Of a DNA stretch of 61,986 nt, positions 10,945 to 23,167 are shown in pieces. Location of the stretch: contig CBFFRP010000137.1 in NCBI GenBank assembly GCA_965644295.1, positions 1 through 61,986 on the forward strand. Direction: 5' to 3'. Numbering within the stretch: the first letter of the stretch is position 1; each line of letters begins with the position of its first letter. A program made the translations under genes and the position numbers. This DNA comes from Paraphysomonas bandaiensis. Its lineage: Eukaryota > Protista > Chrysophyceae. The notes beneath the pieces were generated by a model. The model did not search any database. It was not told where the DNA came from and was given only the letters and a program-made list of their open reading frames with translations.

Positions 10945-11237
10945 AACAATTGCTGTCAATCACTTGAAATAATCGTAGTGTACAAGCAGAATGCTGACAT
11001 ACATGACATCTGCTAAATATTTTTGAAGGTGAACGCATCTCTGATACTTCAGCAGGCAGTCTGGCATCCCTAAACCCCTGGGTACCCTTCATCAAAGCTC
11101 AAAGATGTCTACACAAGTATTTGGTTATGAGTGGGCAGAACATGATCTACTGTCTATACATGCAGCTTAATTTTTGGAAAATCTTTCTGGTACTTATCTC
11201 CCAGAACGAAAATGCGTGAGTCCGACTCTGTCAAAGG
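10945..11237 (-). mobile_element. Diverged fragment (copy D) of the same retroposon family, long-form type
   Basis: The reverse complement has GTCGGACTCACGC..GTTCTGGGAGATAAGTACC, CTTGTGTAGACATCTTTG and CTGCCTGCTGAAGT. It also has GCAGATGTCATGTATGTCAGCATTCTGCTTG, matching copy B at ~18979-19010. Confidence 0.75.
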
Positions 11238-12514
11238 ACAATATTAGACGCTATACTATACAGTCAATATAGTTACCTAGTTCAGTTCATTAGATTTCAA
11301 TCATGCTGCTTTAACTACCGTATTCATCACTAACGACTCTATTTCAGAAATATTAAACTACATCACTTAATAGGTGTTAGCATCATACGCACTATGTATC
11401 AACAGCACATATATAATATATATGGACCTCACGAGAATGAGGCCGGCTTATCCGTATGAGTTAACATTGCTAGAAGTTGACCCATGCACAACAGGTGTAA
11501 ACAGAATGTTTGAACACGATCACACACGCGTTTAAGCAATCTGGATTTGCCTACAACTCAGAATACCACCTCAAAATATGCTATGGGGACACTACTCTTA
11601 TAAAACTTGAACACAGTGTATATTTATATGAAGTAAATATATGTAAGCTAAGACTATATAGTACAAAAGATGCAGAGGAAAATAAAGCTGATACAAGCTA
11701 TGCGGAGAAAAAATGCAGCCAGACGTATATAGGTAGAGGTGCATGAGTTCTTACGATACACGTGAAGCTAAATTTATTATCTCAGTGTTGTGCTAAAGTG
11801 TGCACCCTACTACACTTGAATGTGGTGATGGTGACATTACCCATGAGCTTGCTTGTATTTTCTGGCACTTTGTACCCACAAGACAGTGTTTTAGTCGCTG
11901 ACTGGCACTTTAAATAGAGCTTGTTCAGTGCAAAATCTACTTTCATGGAGCAACTATTTCACAGCTTCCGTACAGAAGCGTCACCGTTCTTCTGGGTATT
12001 TTGGACACATTACCAGGTCCCAACGTAAGAGCCTTGGAAGTACGTTTGTGTGGCGGCAGCGCTACTGTCTTACCTACGAGCGCATTCTAGCACTCATGTA
12101 AGGGCACTTAGGCATAAGAATATAATCTAGATGGATAGCTATGCCTACTCGTACAATCTCACCATGCAGCACCACCGGCTGCACGGTATCGTATCGGCTC
12201 CGATACGCCGCTCCGATCCGGACATAAAACACTGCTAACTGTTGCTCCATAAGACAAACAGGTTATTCAGAAACCACTAGGATTGCATACACTGATTTCA
12301 TGGACGTCTACTCCCTCGAATTCACCAATGACAGTCGCCGTTACAACAGAAAGCTTCACAATAAAACGAGAGTGATATTCACCTGGGACCAGAGATATGG
12401 TAGTCGTTTGGTTGTTTTGTGTTCCACTCAGTGAATGTCAGCGGATAGTGAATATGTACCCACCCACCACAGTATCTATCGTCTCAATCGCACTGACGTG
12501 TAGATCGATAGCGT

Positions 12515-12655
12515 ATCGGCAGTCAGCATCTTATTTTTCGGACATAAATTGAAGCAAGAATACTCTACATTACTGAAGTACAACTACGGCTGGAATACAT
12601 ATAATTGTTGCGTCAATATTGGAGCATCTTTGAAAAATATACCAAGGATGCCGAT
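12515..12655 (+). repeat. ~140-bp dispersed repeat (MITE-like), copy 1
   Basis: Homologous to 57539-57683 (shared TACAACTACGGCTGGAATACA and TAAATTGAAGCAA). Inverted ends ATCGGCA/TGCCGAT. Confidence 0.75.
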
Positions 12656-12853
12656 CTTGTGCTTGTTTGAGAAGGATCCGACCAGTGTGTTCCATTCCAG
12701 TAAAATCCCCTATATGGGATTCAACGATTAGTCTCTCAGTGTACTGCAGTAGAAAACTCCTGTACACACTCTTCAAACAATTGTCCACGAATGCTTTTTG
12801 AATGCTGGATATTGTCATGATGGAATATTAAGCGCAACTCCCAGTCGAAAACT

Positions 12854-13834
12854 ATGGCTGCTTTGCTACTCATGACCGTTCTTTTCTACTTCGTTGGTGT
12901 CTATGCTGCATCCGCATGGACTCTAGCAGATAATTGTGTGGATATTTATATTGATTTAGGAAGTAACATTGGTAATCAAATTCGGAAACTGTATGAACCG
13001 GACAAATTTTCGAAACCAATTCCACCGATGGTGAAAGTTTTCAAAGAGCACTTCGGCGAAAGACACTCCAGCGTATGTACGTTTTCTTTTGAACCCAACC
13101 CAAAGCACCAACTACGCTTGCGTGAAATGGAAGCCGTGTACAGCTCTCTAGGATGGCGCTATATGCACTTTGCCGCTGCTGTCAGCACTTCGAATGGTAC
13201 CCTTGCTTTATTACGCCGAAAGAAGAACAACTTTGACTTTGCAGCTGTACTTGTGAAAAATCCGTCCTTATTCAAACGTGATAAGATGACTGAGAGTATC
13301 TTGGTACCTGTCATTGACTTTGTTGAGTTTTTGAAACGACATATAATACCGAGACAACTTCCGGATGGTCGCAACACTGGAAAAGTATTGATAAAAATGG
13401 ACATAGAAGGAGAAGAATATAATTTACTCCCTAACCTTATAGCATCTGGAGCTTTATGTGCTGTCGTGGATACTATCACTATTGAATATCATATGCGACA
13501 TGCTCGGAAATTTCTTGGTGGAAAGATGATTAACATAACTCAGGATAACCTGACCGGTTTTATGCATTCTCTAAGTTTAGTCATGGCAATTTCTAAGTCG
13601 AAATGCAAAACCCAACTCAGAAAGTTGGATGACGAGACTTATCAGTACTCATCGCTTGCCCAAATACCTTTGCCGGTTTATAGAGGGACACCAGCTGAAT
13701 GCTTGAGTAATAGAGATGCATGTTTTGATCGCGATGATCATATGTACGGGTGTTGTTTAATTACTCAACCTGGGAGTGGTACTACCATGAAATCCCATGC
13801 GGATATAGTATTTGGTTATGAAAATGTACCATGA
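12854..13834 (+). CDS. FkbM-family (Methyltransf_21-like) SAM-dependent methyltransferase with signal peptide
   Basis: Motifs IYIDLGSNIG, FSFEPNP, LIKMDIEGEE, IEYH; hydrophobic N-terminus. Confidence 0.8.
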   Translation: MAALLLMTVLFYFVGVYAASAWTLADNCVDIYIDLGSNIGNQIRKLYEPDKFSKPIPPMVKVFKEHFGERHSSVCTFSFEPNPKHQLRLREMEAVYSSLGWRYMHFAAAVSTSNGTLALLRRKKNNFDFAAVLVKNPSLFKRDKMTESILVPVIDFVEFLKRHIIPRQLPDGRNTGKVLIKMDIEGEEYNLLPNLIASGALCAVVDTITIEYHMRHARKFLGGKMINITQDNLTGFMHSLSLVMAISKSKCKTQLRKLDDETYQYSSLAQIPLPVYRGTPAECLSNRDACFDRDDHMYGCCLITQPGSGTTMKSHADIVFGYENVP

Positions 13835-14334
13835 AAAGTCTTAACTTAGAACTGAGGTGTACATTATTACGTCAATGCGAATTTTTGTAGAACATGTAGC
13901 CATTGGCATGCAATTTATGAACCGCCAATATTGGTTTTTACAGTGTATTGAAGGTCACATTTCGATACAATTTATTGGTACATTTAAAATTTACTTTCGG
14001 AGTTACTGTACGTTTTCCTGATTTCATCGTTTGAACTGCTGTATACGAACAAGTACTTTAGTCTCTTCTTTCATCTAATTCATACGAAATGCTTCAGGAT
14101 TCACTGAAGTTATGTATATAACTCAGGAATTTAATTTAAGTTTGGAGTGAAGCTTGCAATGGCGTAGACACTATTGTAGAACTAATTATACCAACGATGC
14201 AGTAATGGCTTAGCTGTTGCAGATTAACAACAGTTAACATTAACTTTTCATGATTAAAATGTACACTTTATCACAGGGTGTGTTTTCTCTCCTTTCATTT
14301 CTTGTTGTAGTCATTGGAATATAAACCAGCAAAC

Positions 14335-14826
14335 CAGGGCCTGGTAACCGTTAATGGTAATGCCATTATATTTGCCGGAGATTTGTCGTTAATTCCATTA
14401 TAATTGCCGGTAACCGAACTACCATTAATGGCCTGTACTGCTATATATACAGAGCCGAGTATTTTTAAGATAATATGAAACATGAATATATAGTATCTAG
14501 AATCGTTGCTATCCTACGAGCCAATTACATGATGTGGGATGTTTATACCCTCCATGAAGATCCTGATGTGCCAGTAGAGAGCGAGAAGTAGTTACAATTC
14601 GTAGTATGCTATTTATTTTAAAATTAGTAATTAAGGGTGCACTGTACTATCTATTATTATGAGCGGTATTATCTACTTTAAGTTAGTAGCTATTAATGGC
14701 CATTATAATTGCCGGGACATATTTCATTAATGCCATTATAATTGCCGGGACATATTTCATTAATGCCATTATAATTGCCGGGAACTGGACTACCATTAAT
14801 GGGCCATTAATGGTTTCCAGGCCCTG
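14335..14826 (+). mobile_element. hAT-type MITE, 492 bp
   Basis: 23-bp TIR CAGGGCCTGGTAACCGTTAATGG / CCATTAATGGTTTCCAGGCCCTG (2 mismatches). Subterminal CCATTATAATTGCCGG repeats. No clean TSD. Confidence 0.8.
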
Positions 14827-14839
14827 ATATATTCTAGCT

Positions 14840-15414
14840 TGTTAGAACTGGACATTTCACTGAAGTTAACTTTGCTCTACCCGGAATCCTTAACCTTGCT
14901 ATGTTGAACACAATGCACTTTCAAGTAAAAAATTATAATTATTTTTCTGAACACTTCACTACATATTCGTGTAACATCTGATGAACCATCTGTTCTCAGC
15001 AACATCTGTTTATCTTATGTTCATCAGTCACTCCTATATCTTGTATAGTCACACATCAGTAACTGAATTTAATTCCTTTGTACCTATAATCACCCGTTAC
15101 ACCAATTACTAACCCTAACCCTAACCCTACAGTTAAGGATCTTCTCTTATATGACTATCATAATATTGATTGCAATATATTGCAATATATTGTGAGCCAC
15201 TTTAACAGAAACAATATTGATGGGATTTTTGGCCGGTCGAACAATCAATATACTTTACAATATATTGCAATATATTGTACAATGTATTGCAATTCAATAT
15301 ATTGTTTCCTAGCCCTGGTTACACCTATGAGTTGACGTCACCTATTGCACATTGCACACTATTAACTCACTTCAATTGCACAACATATATCCCGTCATAT
15401 TGCAGAATTCAACA
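14840..15414 (-). mobile_element. Solo LTR of the Copia family at 35315-39452, interrupted by an insertion
   Basis: Reverse complement aligns along the whole 347-bp LTR. TG..CA ends. 5-bp TSD TAGCT (14835-39, 15415-19). Confidence 0.92.
15104..15317. mobile_element. One-ended hAT-type MITE inside the solo LTR; left end carries telomeric (CCCTAA)n
   Basis: 8-bp TSD GTTACACC (15096-103, 15318-25). Right end TAGCCCTG. ATTGCAATAT repeats. CTAACCCTAACCCTAACCCTA at 15109-15129. Confidence 0.8.
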
Positions 15415-15682
15415 TAGCTATTGGCGTTAACACCGGTAACCTACATGCAAATATTCTACTGTAGCAACCAACATCATGTGTACACTGTATTGTAAGAGAA
15501 CAGCAATGCATATTACAAGTTAACAAACGAAACTTAATGTACTATTTGTTATTGTTGCACAGGCAGAGTTGGTTCAATATTTCATCAGCATATATATTAC
15601 GCAGGCTATCCACCACCAAATCAATCTGCCCACGCACGCATGTACGTACATGAACTATTTCTATGACTCTACCGTAATCCTT

Positions 15683-15955
15683 TTATTTCAGTTTCGACTC
15701 TGTGAATATTACATGCTTCATCACAATCGGATCATACTGCACAAAAAGTCACGCCATTATTAAAATATATATAATACGAACCTTGCGTAACTGGAGTTTG
15801 CGTGTAACTTTTTTTGGGTTCTTAGTTGTAGTATAAAAGAAACCTGTTTGCGCTGCACTGACCAGCTTAATGGCCATGGTTTTAATCTTTTTCTGTAGTA
15901 TTATATGTATGTTTAGACACAGATCACACGATAGTACTCTTTTTACCTTTCCCAT
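15683..15955 (-). CDS. MRPL33: Ribosomal protein bL33 (probably mitochondrial), 3 exons
   Basis: Spliced product MGK-KKIKTMAIKLVSAAQTGFFYTTTKNPKKVTRKLQLRK-YDPIVMKHVIFTESKLK* matches the bL33 signature. Confidence 0.9.
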
Positions 15956-16344
15956 CAGAAGAATAAGTACTAGACACTGCTATCGCTATTTATGGAAGTC
16001 TGTGAGTTCGGCAATAGCAACATCAAGTGAAGGCTATATTATGTAGGTATGTATGTATGCCGAAGAGTTGGTTGACACATTTTTAGTATGTGTATAGACT
16101 GGTATGTACAGAGTATGCTCTCTGTATTCTCTCACTGCCCAACAAAATACAAGCAATGTCTACCATCTGCTGCTGCTCCTTTCAGTTCTTCTGTAGCCAT
16201 CAGTTTACACTGAATATACTGGCCGTATACCATACATACACTACCATACACTCCTCTCACATCCTCCATACAAAGCAAAGTACATATTTGGCCCCACTGC
16301 TGATCATACACACTACAGACAGGTGCAGGTGCTGTTCAGTTGTT

Positions 16345-17758
16345 ATGATGGCGTCCACTGTTTCTGCTGCCGATATCGCTCCTGATGCGTTTAATGAATC
16401 TGACCAGAGTGATGTGGAGGACACAGAAGACCATGTCGATGACTTGACTTATGATCTGTATAATTTGGTCGCGTGTGATCATCATCCGATTAAAGTGGAT
16501 GGCTCTGAGGATTTGGAGTCCGTATTGCTCACAAGAGCAACTGAAGCCACTCAACTGCTTGTTAACAGGTGCATATTAGCGTCATGGCTCTGTGGACCTG
16601 ACTGTGTACTGACTATGACTGTAGGCTTTTTAAACTACCGGTAGAGCCTTCAGACGTGGGCCCTGTGGCTGTCCTTCCTAATGAATTGTTTCGTATTCCG
16701 AGAGAGAAGCCCCCACCTGAACCCAAGGGCGAAACTGTTTGGCAGAAATTTGCGAGAGAGAAAGGTATTAAAAAGAAGAAGAAGGAACGCATGGTTTTCG
16801 ACGAAGTGACTGAAGAGTATAAGCCTCGCTACGGTTACAAAGGAATAAATCAGGGCGTACAAGAGCATGCTATTGTAGAGGTTAAACCTGGGCAAGATCC
16901 GACTGCGGATCCTTGGGCAGCAGAGAGAGCTGCGAAAAAAGCAAGAGTCGAGAAGAATGAAAAGCACAGAGCGAGGAATATCGAAAGACTTACTGTAGGA
17001 AAGGGAAGAGGAAAAAAGGGAAAAGATATTCCAAGCTATGGTATGCGCACAATGCATTGATGTGTATGTGTAGAAATGTGTACGGTGAATCTGAATGACA
17101 GAGGAATGATGTTTGACTCTGGGTGTGGGCTATTAAGTGCGACGTATGTCACTATGATTGACCTGATATTGATGTATTTAGACCCCGCTGCTGTTCCTGG
17201 AATTCCTGTAGAAATCAGGAGTAATAGTGCTCCAGGTGGGAAGCGTGGAAAGCAGGGGCTTCGACAGGCCTTACAATTAGCCCAACATTCCACTGCCTCA
17301 ATGGGAAGGTATTCGTCATAATAAGAATCGTGAATATGGAAAGTTTATTTCGTGACGTAGGTTTGATGCTGCTCGATATGGCGAGCCAGAGAAGAAAATT
17401 CGCGGGAAAAAACGCAGCTTTAGAGATAACATAGCTGATGATACACTGATGACGGAGAAGGTACATTGCGCATGTGGTTTGACTTCCATCGTGCCGCACA
17501 ATGTGTTGTGTTGTGTACTGCAGTGTGTCGTTTCTATTGTCTCACACACTTTCCTGTGACCAGAAAACAATGAAAAATCAACTTCGCATAGTTGAGGACA
17601 AGATTTACAAGAAAAAGGCAGGTGTGACTAATTCACTGAAACCTTACGAAGGCATTCTTCCGGATGCTCCAAGCGACTCCTTCAAACAGAAGAAAGGGAA
17701 AGGGAGCTTCAAGTCCACTCTTGAAGACCAACCGAAAAAGAAGAAGAGGACAAAGTAA
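16345..17758 (+). CDS. RRS1: Ribosome biogenesis regulatory protein Rrs1, multi-exon
   Basis: YDLYNL..D, TQLLVNR, IPREKPPPEPK..T.WQKFAREKGIKKKKKERMVFDE...PRYGYKG and STASMG motifs across GT-AG introns. Confidence 0.93.
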
Positions 17759-18146
17759 ATAGATATCAGGAATGACGCAGCTAGTGAATCTATAATGATG
17801 AATTAGTATTAAGTTAATAGTCTTTTTTCATTTACAAGATGGGATAAATTAGGACACATATTACCACTTTCGATTATGGTAATGATTGTATTTTAATCAG
17901 ATAGTTGATTTCGGTGAAAAATGGTATAAATTTTATGCGACAATATGTTTATATATAGCAGTATAATATAAAATAGTACCAGTGAAAGTAATTCGTAACC
18001 ATGTAGTAGTAGCAAGTAATATTGGCAAAGTATTATTTGTTTATAGAGTACATTGTTCAGATTCGCACAAAGCTGTGATATAGAGGTTTTTTAGTATTTG
18101 TCATTATAAGGTCACAGATACAATCATGTATTAAGCTGAATCCTAA

Positions 18147-20076
18147 TAGGGCTGCGTAACAATTAATTGCAATTTAATTGTGCCAATTACTGTCTCATTA
18201 ACTTAGTTACTCATAACAAGCACGTATAGCATTTTCAACCGTACTTGCATTCCACAGAATCTATTAAAGCGCAAGAACATAAGGGCCTCTAATCGGTGTG
18301 GTGCCATAGATATGCGCAGATCACTCATGTTGATTTTTGCTCTACTGAAAAGACTTTCTACACAATTAGTAGTGGAGAAAATATCCAAGTTTTCGACAGC
18401 AAAAAACAGTAAGAAGCCCTGATAATCCATGTCCATACTGCTGCACATCCAGTTCGTAGTGAACTACAATCCTGCAGTGTCCTGTGAGACAGGATCGGAA
18501 AAACATGATTGTCACACTACTTATATATTATATATAATATCTAAAACTAGAGGGTATTGAACATTACATATGGACTAGGGATCGAGCTGAGCTAAGTTTT
18601 GTAGGTCATAATCGACCGTTCAAAGAAACAATACATCTCTTAATGTAAATTAAACGTTATAATGAGAGGGTGGTGTTCTGGGGGATAAGTACCGGAGATA
18701 TTTCTCCGGGAAACTAACGTGAGCCGCATATTATATAGTCAGCAGATATATTGTTCTGCCCACTCATAGCCAAATGCTTGTGTGGTACAAGGGACACTAA
18801 TAAGTGTCACTTGTGTAGACGTCTTTGGGCCCTGACGAATAAACAGGCATCCGGGAATGGGCCCACCTCAAGGGCATCCGGGACAGGGCCCACCAGAAGG
18901 GTAACCGGGGTATTGGGCTGCCTGCTGAAGTTAAGCATCCGGGATGTTCACCTTAAGAACTCAAAACACCTGAAGTCAGCAGATGTCAGGTATATCAACA
19001 TTCTGCTTGCTCCCTGCGTTTGCTTTGAGTGATTGATGCTGAGTATGAGTTCACATTATTCGGTATCTGTGTGGCCAATGACCGAGGTAATGCGTCAAAC
19101 TTTCCTCATGGATGCATGGCAATGGCAATGATGTGATTAGACCTGTCATGTCTTCTCACACGTCTACTGCCTAGTCTTGGTTTCTCCTGACCCAGGTCAT
19201 TGAGATTATATCAAGGCTCTGGCACTGTTCTCCAAGCAGTGTCAGGTACATTTGTGGTGCTTTTATGTTATTCTTGCTTAGTAGGTTTTCATCCGAGCGG
19301 GGAAGGTGCACGGTTTCCTACTAGTGTAAGTCACTCGGGAGAAGAGTGCAAGGTGGATGCATGTGCTGGATGAGTGCACACAATGGAGGGAAGACATTGG
19401 AGTCAGCTTGAATTTGTAACAGATTTTGGTAGATGTCTGTTTCATGCGTCAGTGTGCAAAATTGCACCAGTGAGACCGCTTCGTGACCGTGGGAGGACCC
19501 GGCGCTATAGAGCTACTTTATTCTCCCTTCCAGACTACCTGCTGCTGTGAACACCACCTTGAAGAGGGCCCTAAAGATCTGCCGCATATACAGGAGACAT
19601 ATGCCGAAGACACCGACCGCAAGTTGTTTGTGTTAGGACAAGTAGATTGGGCAGGAGCGTATGATCCGGCTTAAACACGCAACTCGTCGTATGCCCATGT
19701 AGCTAACTAAATCGTGTTGTATAGTTGAGCACTTGTCGGTGCATGCAATAGTAACTAGATGAGAGTCATGTTATGCATAGTGTCGCGCGAGTTGTTAGGT
19801 TGGTCGCGGCAACGCACAAGCTTGCGCTTCTTAATAATCAGATTTTCAATCATATAATGAGAGGTCAACCTTCCCACATTTGTAATAGCCATTAAGGGCA
19901 ATAAATGACCATCGCCCTTAATGTTTTCCAACTTCTAATACTAATATTATGTATTTATACTGTATAGTTAATAATTGCCAATAAATTGCAACCTTCCAGC
20001 GAGCAATTATAATTGCAATTATTACATCTATCCCATGCAATTTAATTGCAATTCAATTAATTGTTACGCAGCCCTG
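18147..20076 (-). mobile_element. hAT transposon relic with transposase C-terminal fragment and nested retroposon
   Basis: TIR TAGGGCTGCGTAACAATTAATTG / CAATTAATTGTTACGCAGCCCTG, same family type as 5835-6550. The 18203-18448(-) fragment encodes TTNCVESLFSRAKINMSDLRISMAPHRLEALMFLRFNR (hAT dimerization domain). No matching TSD. Confidence 0.82.
18670..19852 (+). mobile_element. Retroposon copy B, long form, 5'-truncated
   Basis: Perfect 12-bp TSD TATAATGAGAGG (18658-69, 19853-64). First ~290 bp are homologous to copy A. 3' end GCGGCAACGCACAAGC...TAATAATCAGATTTTCAATCA. Confidence 0.87.
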
Positions 20077-20586
20077 CTTAGCAAGTCCTACTCACAACGA
20101 TATCATGCGGCGTGCAGACGTGACTACAAGGAATCCCCGTCTTGGCTTCTGCCCATTTTAGTTCTTGAAGATGAGTATAAGTCGTTTGATATTATTATTC
20201 ACGATAAAAAACGATTTTTAAATTGACAAAATAAATCACGAGCATCATTTTGTCATTCTCATAGCATCCATTGTTTCACTTCCGTATACTGATTCAATAT
20301 CTTGTTGTATGTATGTTCGCTACCTTCCTGAACACTAAAACACTTTAGAAATACCTCAGCCTGCAACAATCGATTCACAGTACTGTAGTAATTCTACCGT
20401 ATGCTATATGACTCTATTTTGCCACAATAAATAGCTAACCAATATAGCACACAACATTTGCGTTATTAGATTATCGGCGAATTTACATGAATTTTACTAC
20501 TGCCATTCTCTCTGTGACTACCAGAGAGTTATGTCAACGCCTTCTAGATATAAGTAGTACATAATATTCATCTAGCAACTAGTATT

Positions 20587-21791
20587 CTACCCGATATGTC
20601 TGGGGTTCTTGGGGTCGAACATTGGCCTCTTGTCTTCTATGGGTACCTCTCCCTTAACCCCCTTTGGTAAACTCTCGTAAACGTGTTGATCTGACCATTT
20701 CTCCTGTTCTGGAACATGTTCCTCACCCAACAGCTTGATTATGTTCTCTTGTACTTTCTTAGCTTTATCTTCATCGCCACGAGCTCTATGAAGCTCAGCT
20801 ATGTTATGTAGGGTTATCACGCAGTCATGATGTTTCTCTCCATACAGCTTGCTGGAAAACAAGTCAGACAAACACATATTTGTAACATAATACAGCACCA
20901 TCGTATCTCTAGAGCCTCGGCGTAGCATTTCTCTGCTCCAGTAAAGTCTTCCAGCTGTTTTAGCACAAGTCCAAGATTATTAAGTGTCAGTGCTGTGATA
21001 GAATCCCTACTCACATACCAAATTACGAACAGCGGGACAAAAAATTCACACTAACCAGTCGCCTCTCTGCTCTCTAGAAGTGTGCAGTATTGATCGTAAG
21101 CGTGTTTCTGCTTCGTTTTTTTCACCTAACACTCGCATCACATTCGCTAAATGGTTGCCATATATGAGAAGATCCTTCGAGTTTGTGTCTGATTGGATCA
21201 AAACTTAACGCGGCCTTAATATACATATCACCACTAACCTCCACCAATAGACTCACGAAGCTCCAGTGCACGAGACAAACACTCCTTAGCCTCATTGATA
21301 TGGGATTTGAATACCTCCTCTTCCGTGGCAGCCTCCGCCATAGTTTTGTGCAACACACCGATATTGGATAGTGTTGTGATATAGGACGGGTGATTTACTC
21401 CGACAACATTTTCATACATCTCCAATGAACGATTATAATTTTCCAAAGCATCCTCATTTTTTCCTAATTGTTTTAGCATGAGTCCGATATTGCTGAAGCA
21501 GCTAGCATGCGCTGCATTGCCAGTCCCCATAATATTAGCTATCTCCGCCTCTAGAGCACGAGCAACATTGAGAGCCTCTTCAAACGCACCTCGAGAGAAG
21601 TGACCTCCCATTAGTCTTCTCATTCTAAATAACTCTTTCTCAACATCCACTGGACTCATATTATGATGATCGATAGTGGCGATAGTGCGATGACCTCTTA
21701 TGGCGATATACTGACATGGAATACATGTCAGCTGAGGAACAGCACTCCGTGGTAATGATATTCGCTTAGCTACAGTGAATAAACTCTTCAT
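20587..21791 (-). CDS. TPR-repeat protein (kinesin-light-chain-like TPRs), likely mitochondrial, multi-exon
   Basis: ASCFSNIGLMLKQLGKNEDALENYNRSLEM, HPSYITTLSNIG, TALTLNNLGLVLK and TLHNIAELH repeats. Basic Ser-rich N-terminus from ATG 21791. Confidence 0.85.
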
Positions 21792-21892
21792 AGGCAACTA
21801 ACAGGCGACTGCTGTGAGACTATGAGGAATGTGGCCACAGAGTAGCGTGAAGACCATTACAGAATGACACACATAATACACTGCCTTATACC

Positions 21893-23116
21893 GTATGTAT
21901 GTATGTATGTATGTATGTATGTATGTATGTATGTATGTATGTATGTATGTATGTATGTATGTATGTATGTATGTATGTATGTATGTATGTATGTATGTAT
22001 GTATGTATGTATGTATGTATGTATGTATGTATGTATGTATGTATGCATGTATGTATGTATGTATGTATGTATGTATGTATGTATGTATGTATGTATGTAT
22101 GTATGTATGTATGTATGTATGTATGTATGTATGTATGTATGTATGTATGTATGTATGTATGTATGTATGTATGTATGTATGTATGTATGTATGTATGTAT
22201 GTATGTATGTATGTATGTATGTATGTATGTATGTATGTATGTTGTATGTATGTATGTATGTATGTGTATGTATGTATGTATGTATGTATGTATGTATGTA
22301 TGTATGTATGTATGTATGTATGTATGTATGTATGTATGTATGTATGTATGTATGTATGTATGTATGTATGTATGTATGTATGTATGTATGTATGTATGTA
22401 TGTATGTATGTATGTATGTATGTATGTATGTATGTATGTATGTATGTATGTATGTATGTATGTATGTATGTATGTATGTATGTATGTATGTATGTGTATG
22501 TATGTATGTATGTATGTATGTATGTATGTATGTATGTATGTATGTATGTATGTATGTATGTATGTATGTATGTATGTATGTATGTATGTATGTATGTATG
22601 TATGTATGTATGTATGTATGTATGTATGTATGTATGTATGTATGTATGTATGTGTATGTATGTATGTATGTATGTATGTATGTATGTATGTATGTATGTA
22701 TGTATGTATGTATGTATGTATGTATGTATGTATGTATGTATGTATGTATGTATGTATGTATGTATGTATGTATGTATGTATGTATGTATGTATGTATGTA
22801 TGTATGTATGTATGTATGTATGTATGTATGTATGTGTATGTATGTATGTATGTATGTATGTATGTATGTATGTATGTATGTATGTATGTATGTATGTATG
22901 TATGTATGTATGTATGTATGTATGTATGTATGTATGTATGTATGTATGTATGTATGTATGTATGTATGTATGTATGTATGTATGTATGTATGTATGTGTA
23001 TGTATGTATGTATGTATGTATGTATGTATGTATGTATGTATGTATGTATGTATGTATGTATGTATGTATGTATGTATGTATGTATGTATGTATGTGTATG
23101 TATGTATGTATGTATG
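21893..23116. repeat. (TATG)n microsatellite, ~1.22 kb
   Basis: Near-perfect tetranucleotide array with rare TGTG/GCATG interruptions. Confidence 0.99.
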
Positions 23117-23167
23117 TGATATGAGTATGTATGTCTTGGTCTTATCGTGCCAGTGGGCTCTGATGGT

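Noticed and set aside
11770-12200. Possible small spliced minus-strand gene
   Set aside because: No consistent exon chain or recognisable motif could be built.
18826-18870. Hammerhead-like CTGACGA in retroposon copy B
   Set aside because: No stem II followed by GAAA, and the core is not conserved in copies A (TTGATGA) and C (TCGACGA).
18751-19032. Similar ORFs in retroposon copies (18751-19032, 48132-48476)
   Set aside because: Indels and stops differ between copies and no domain is recognisable, so the similarity reflects the DNA repeat only.
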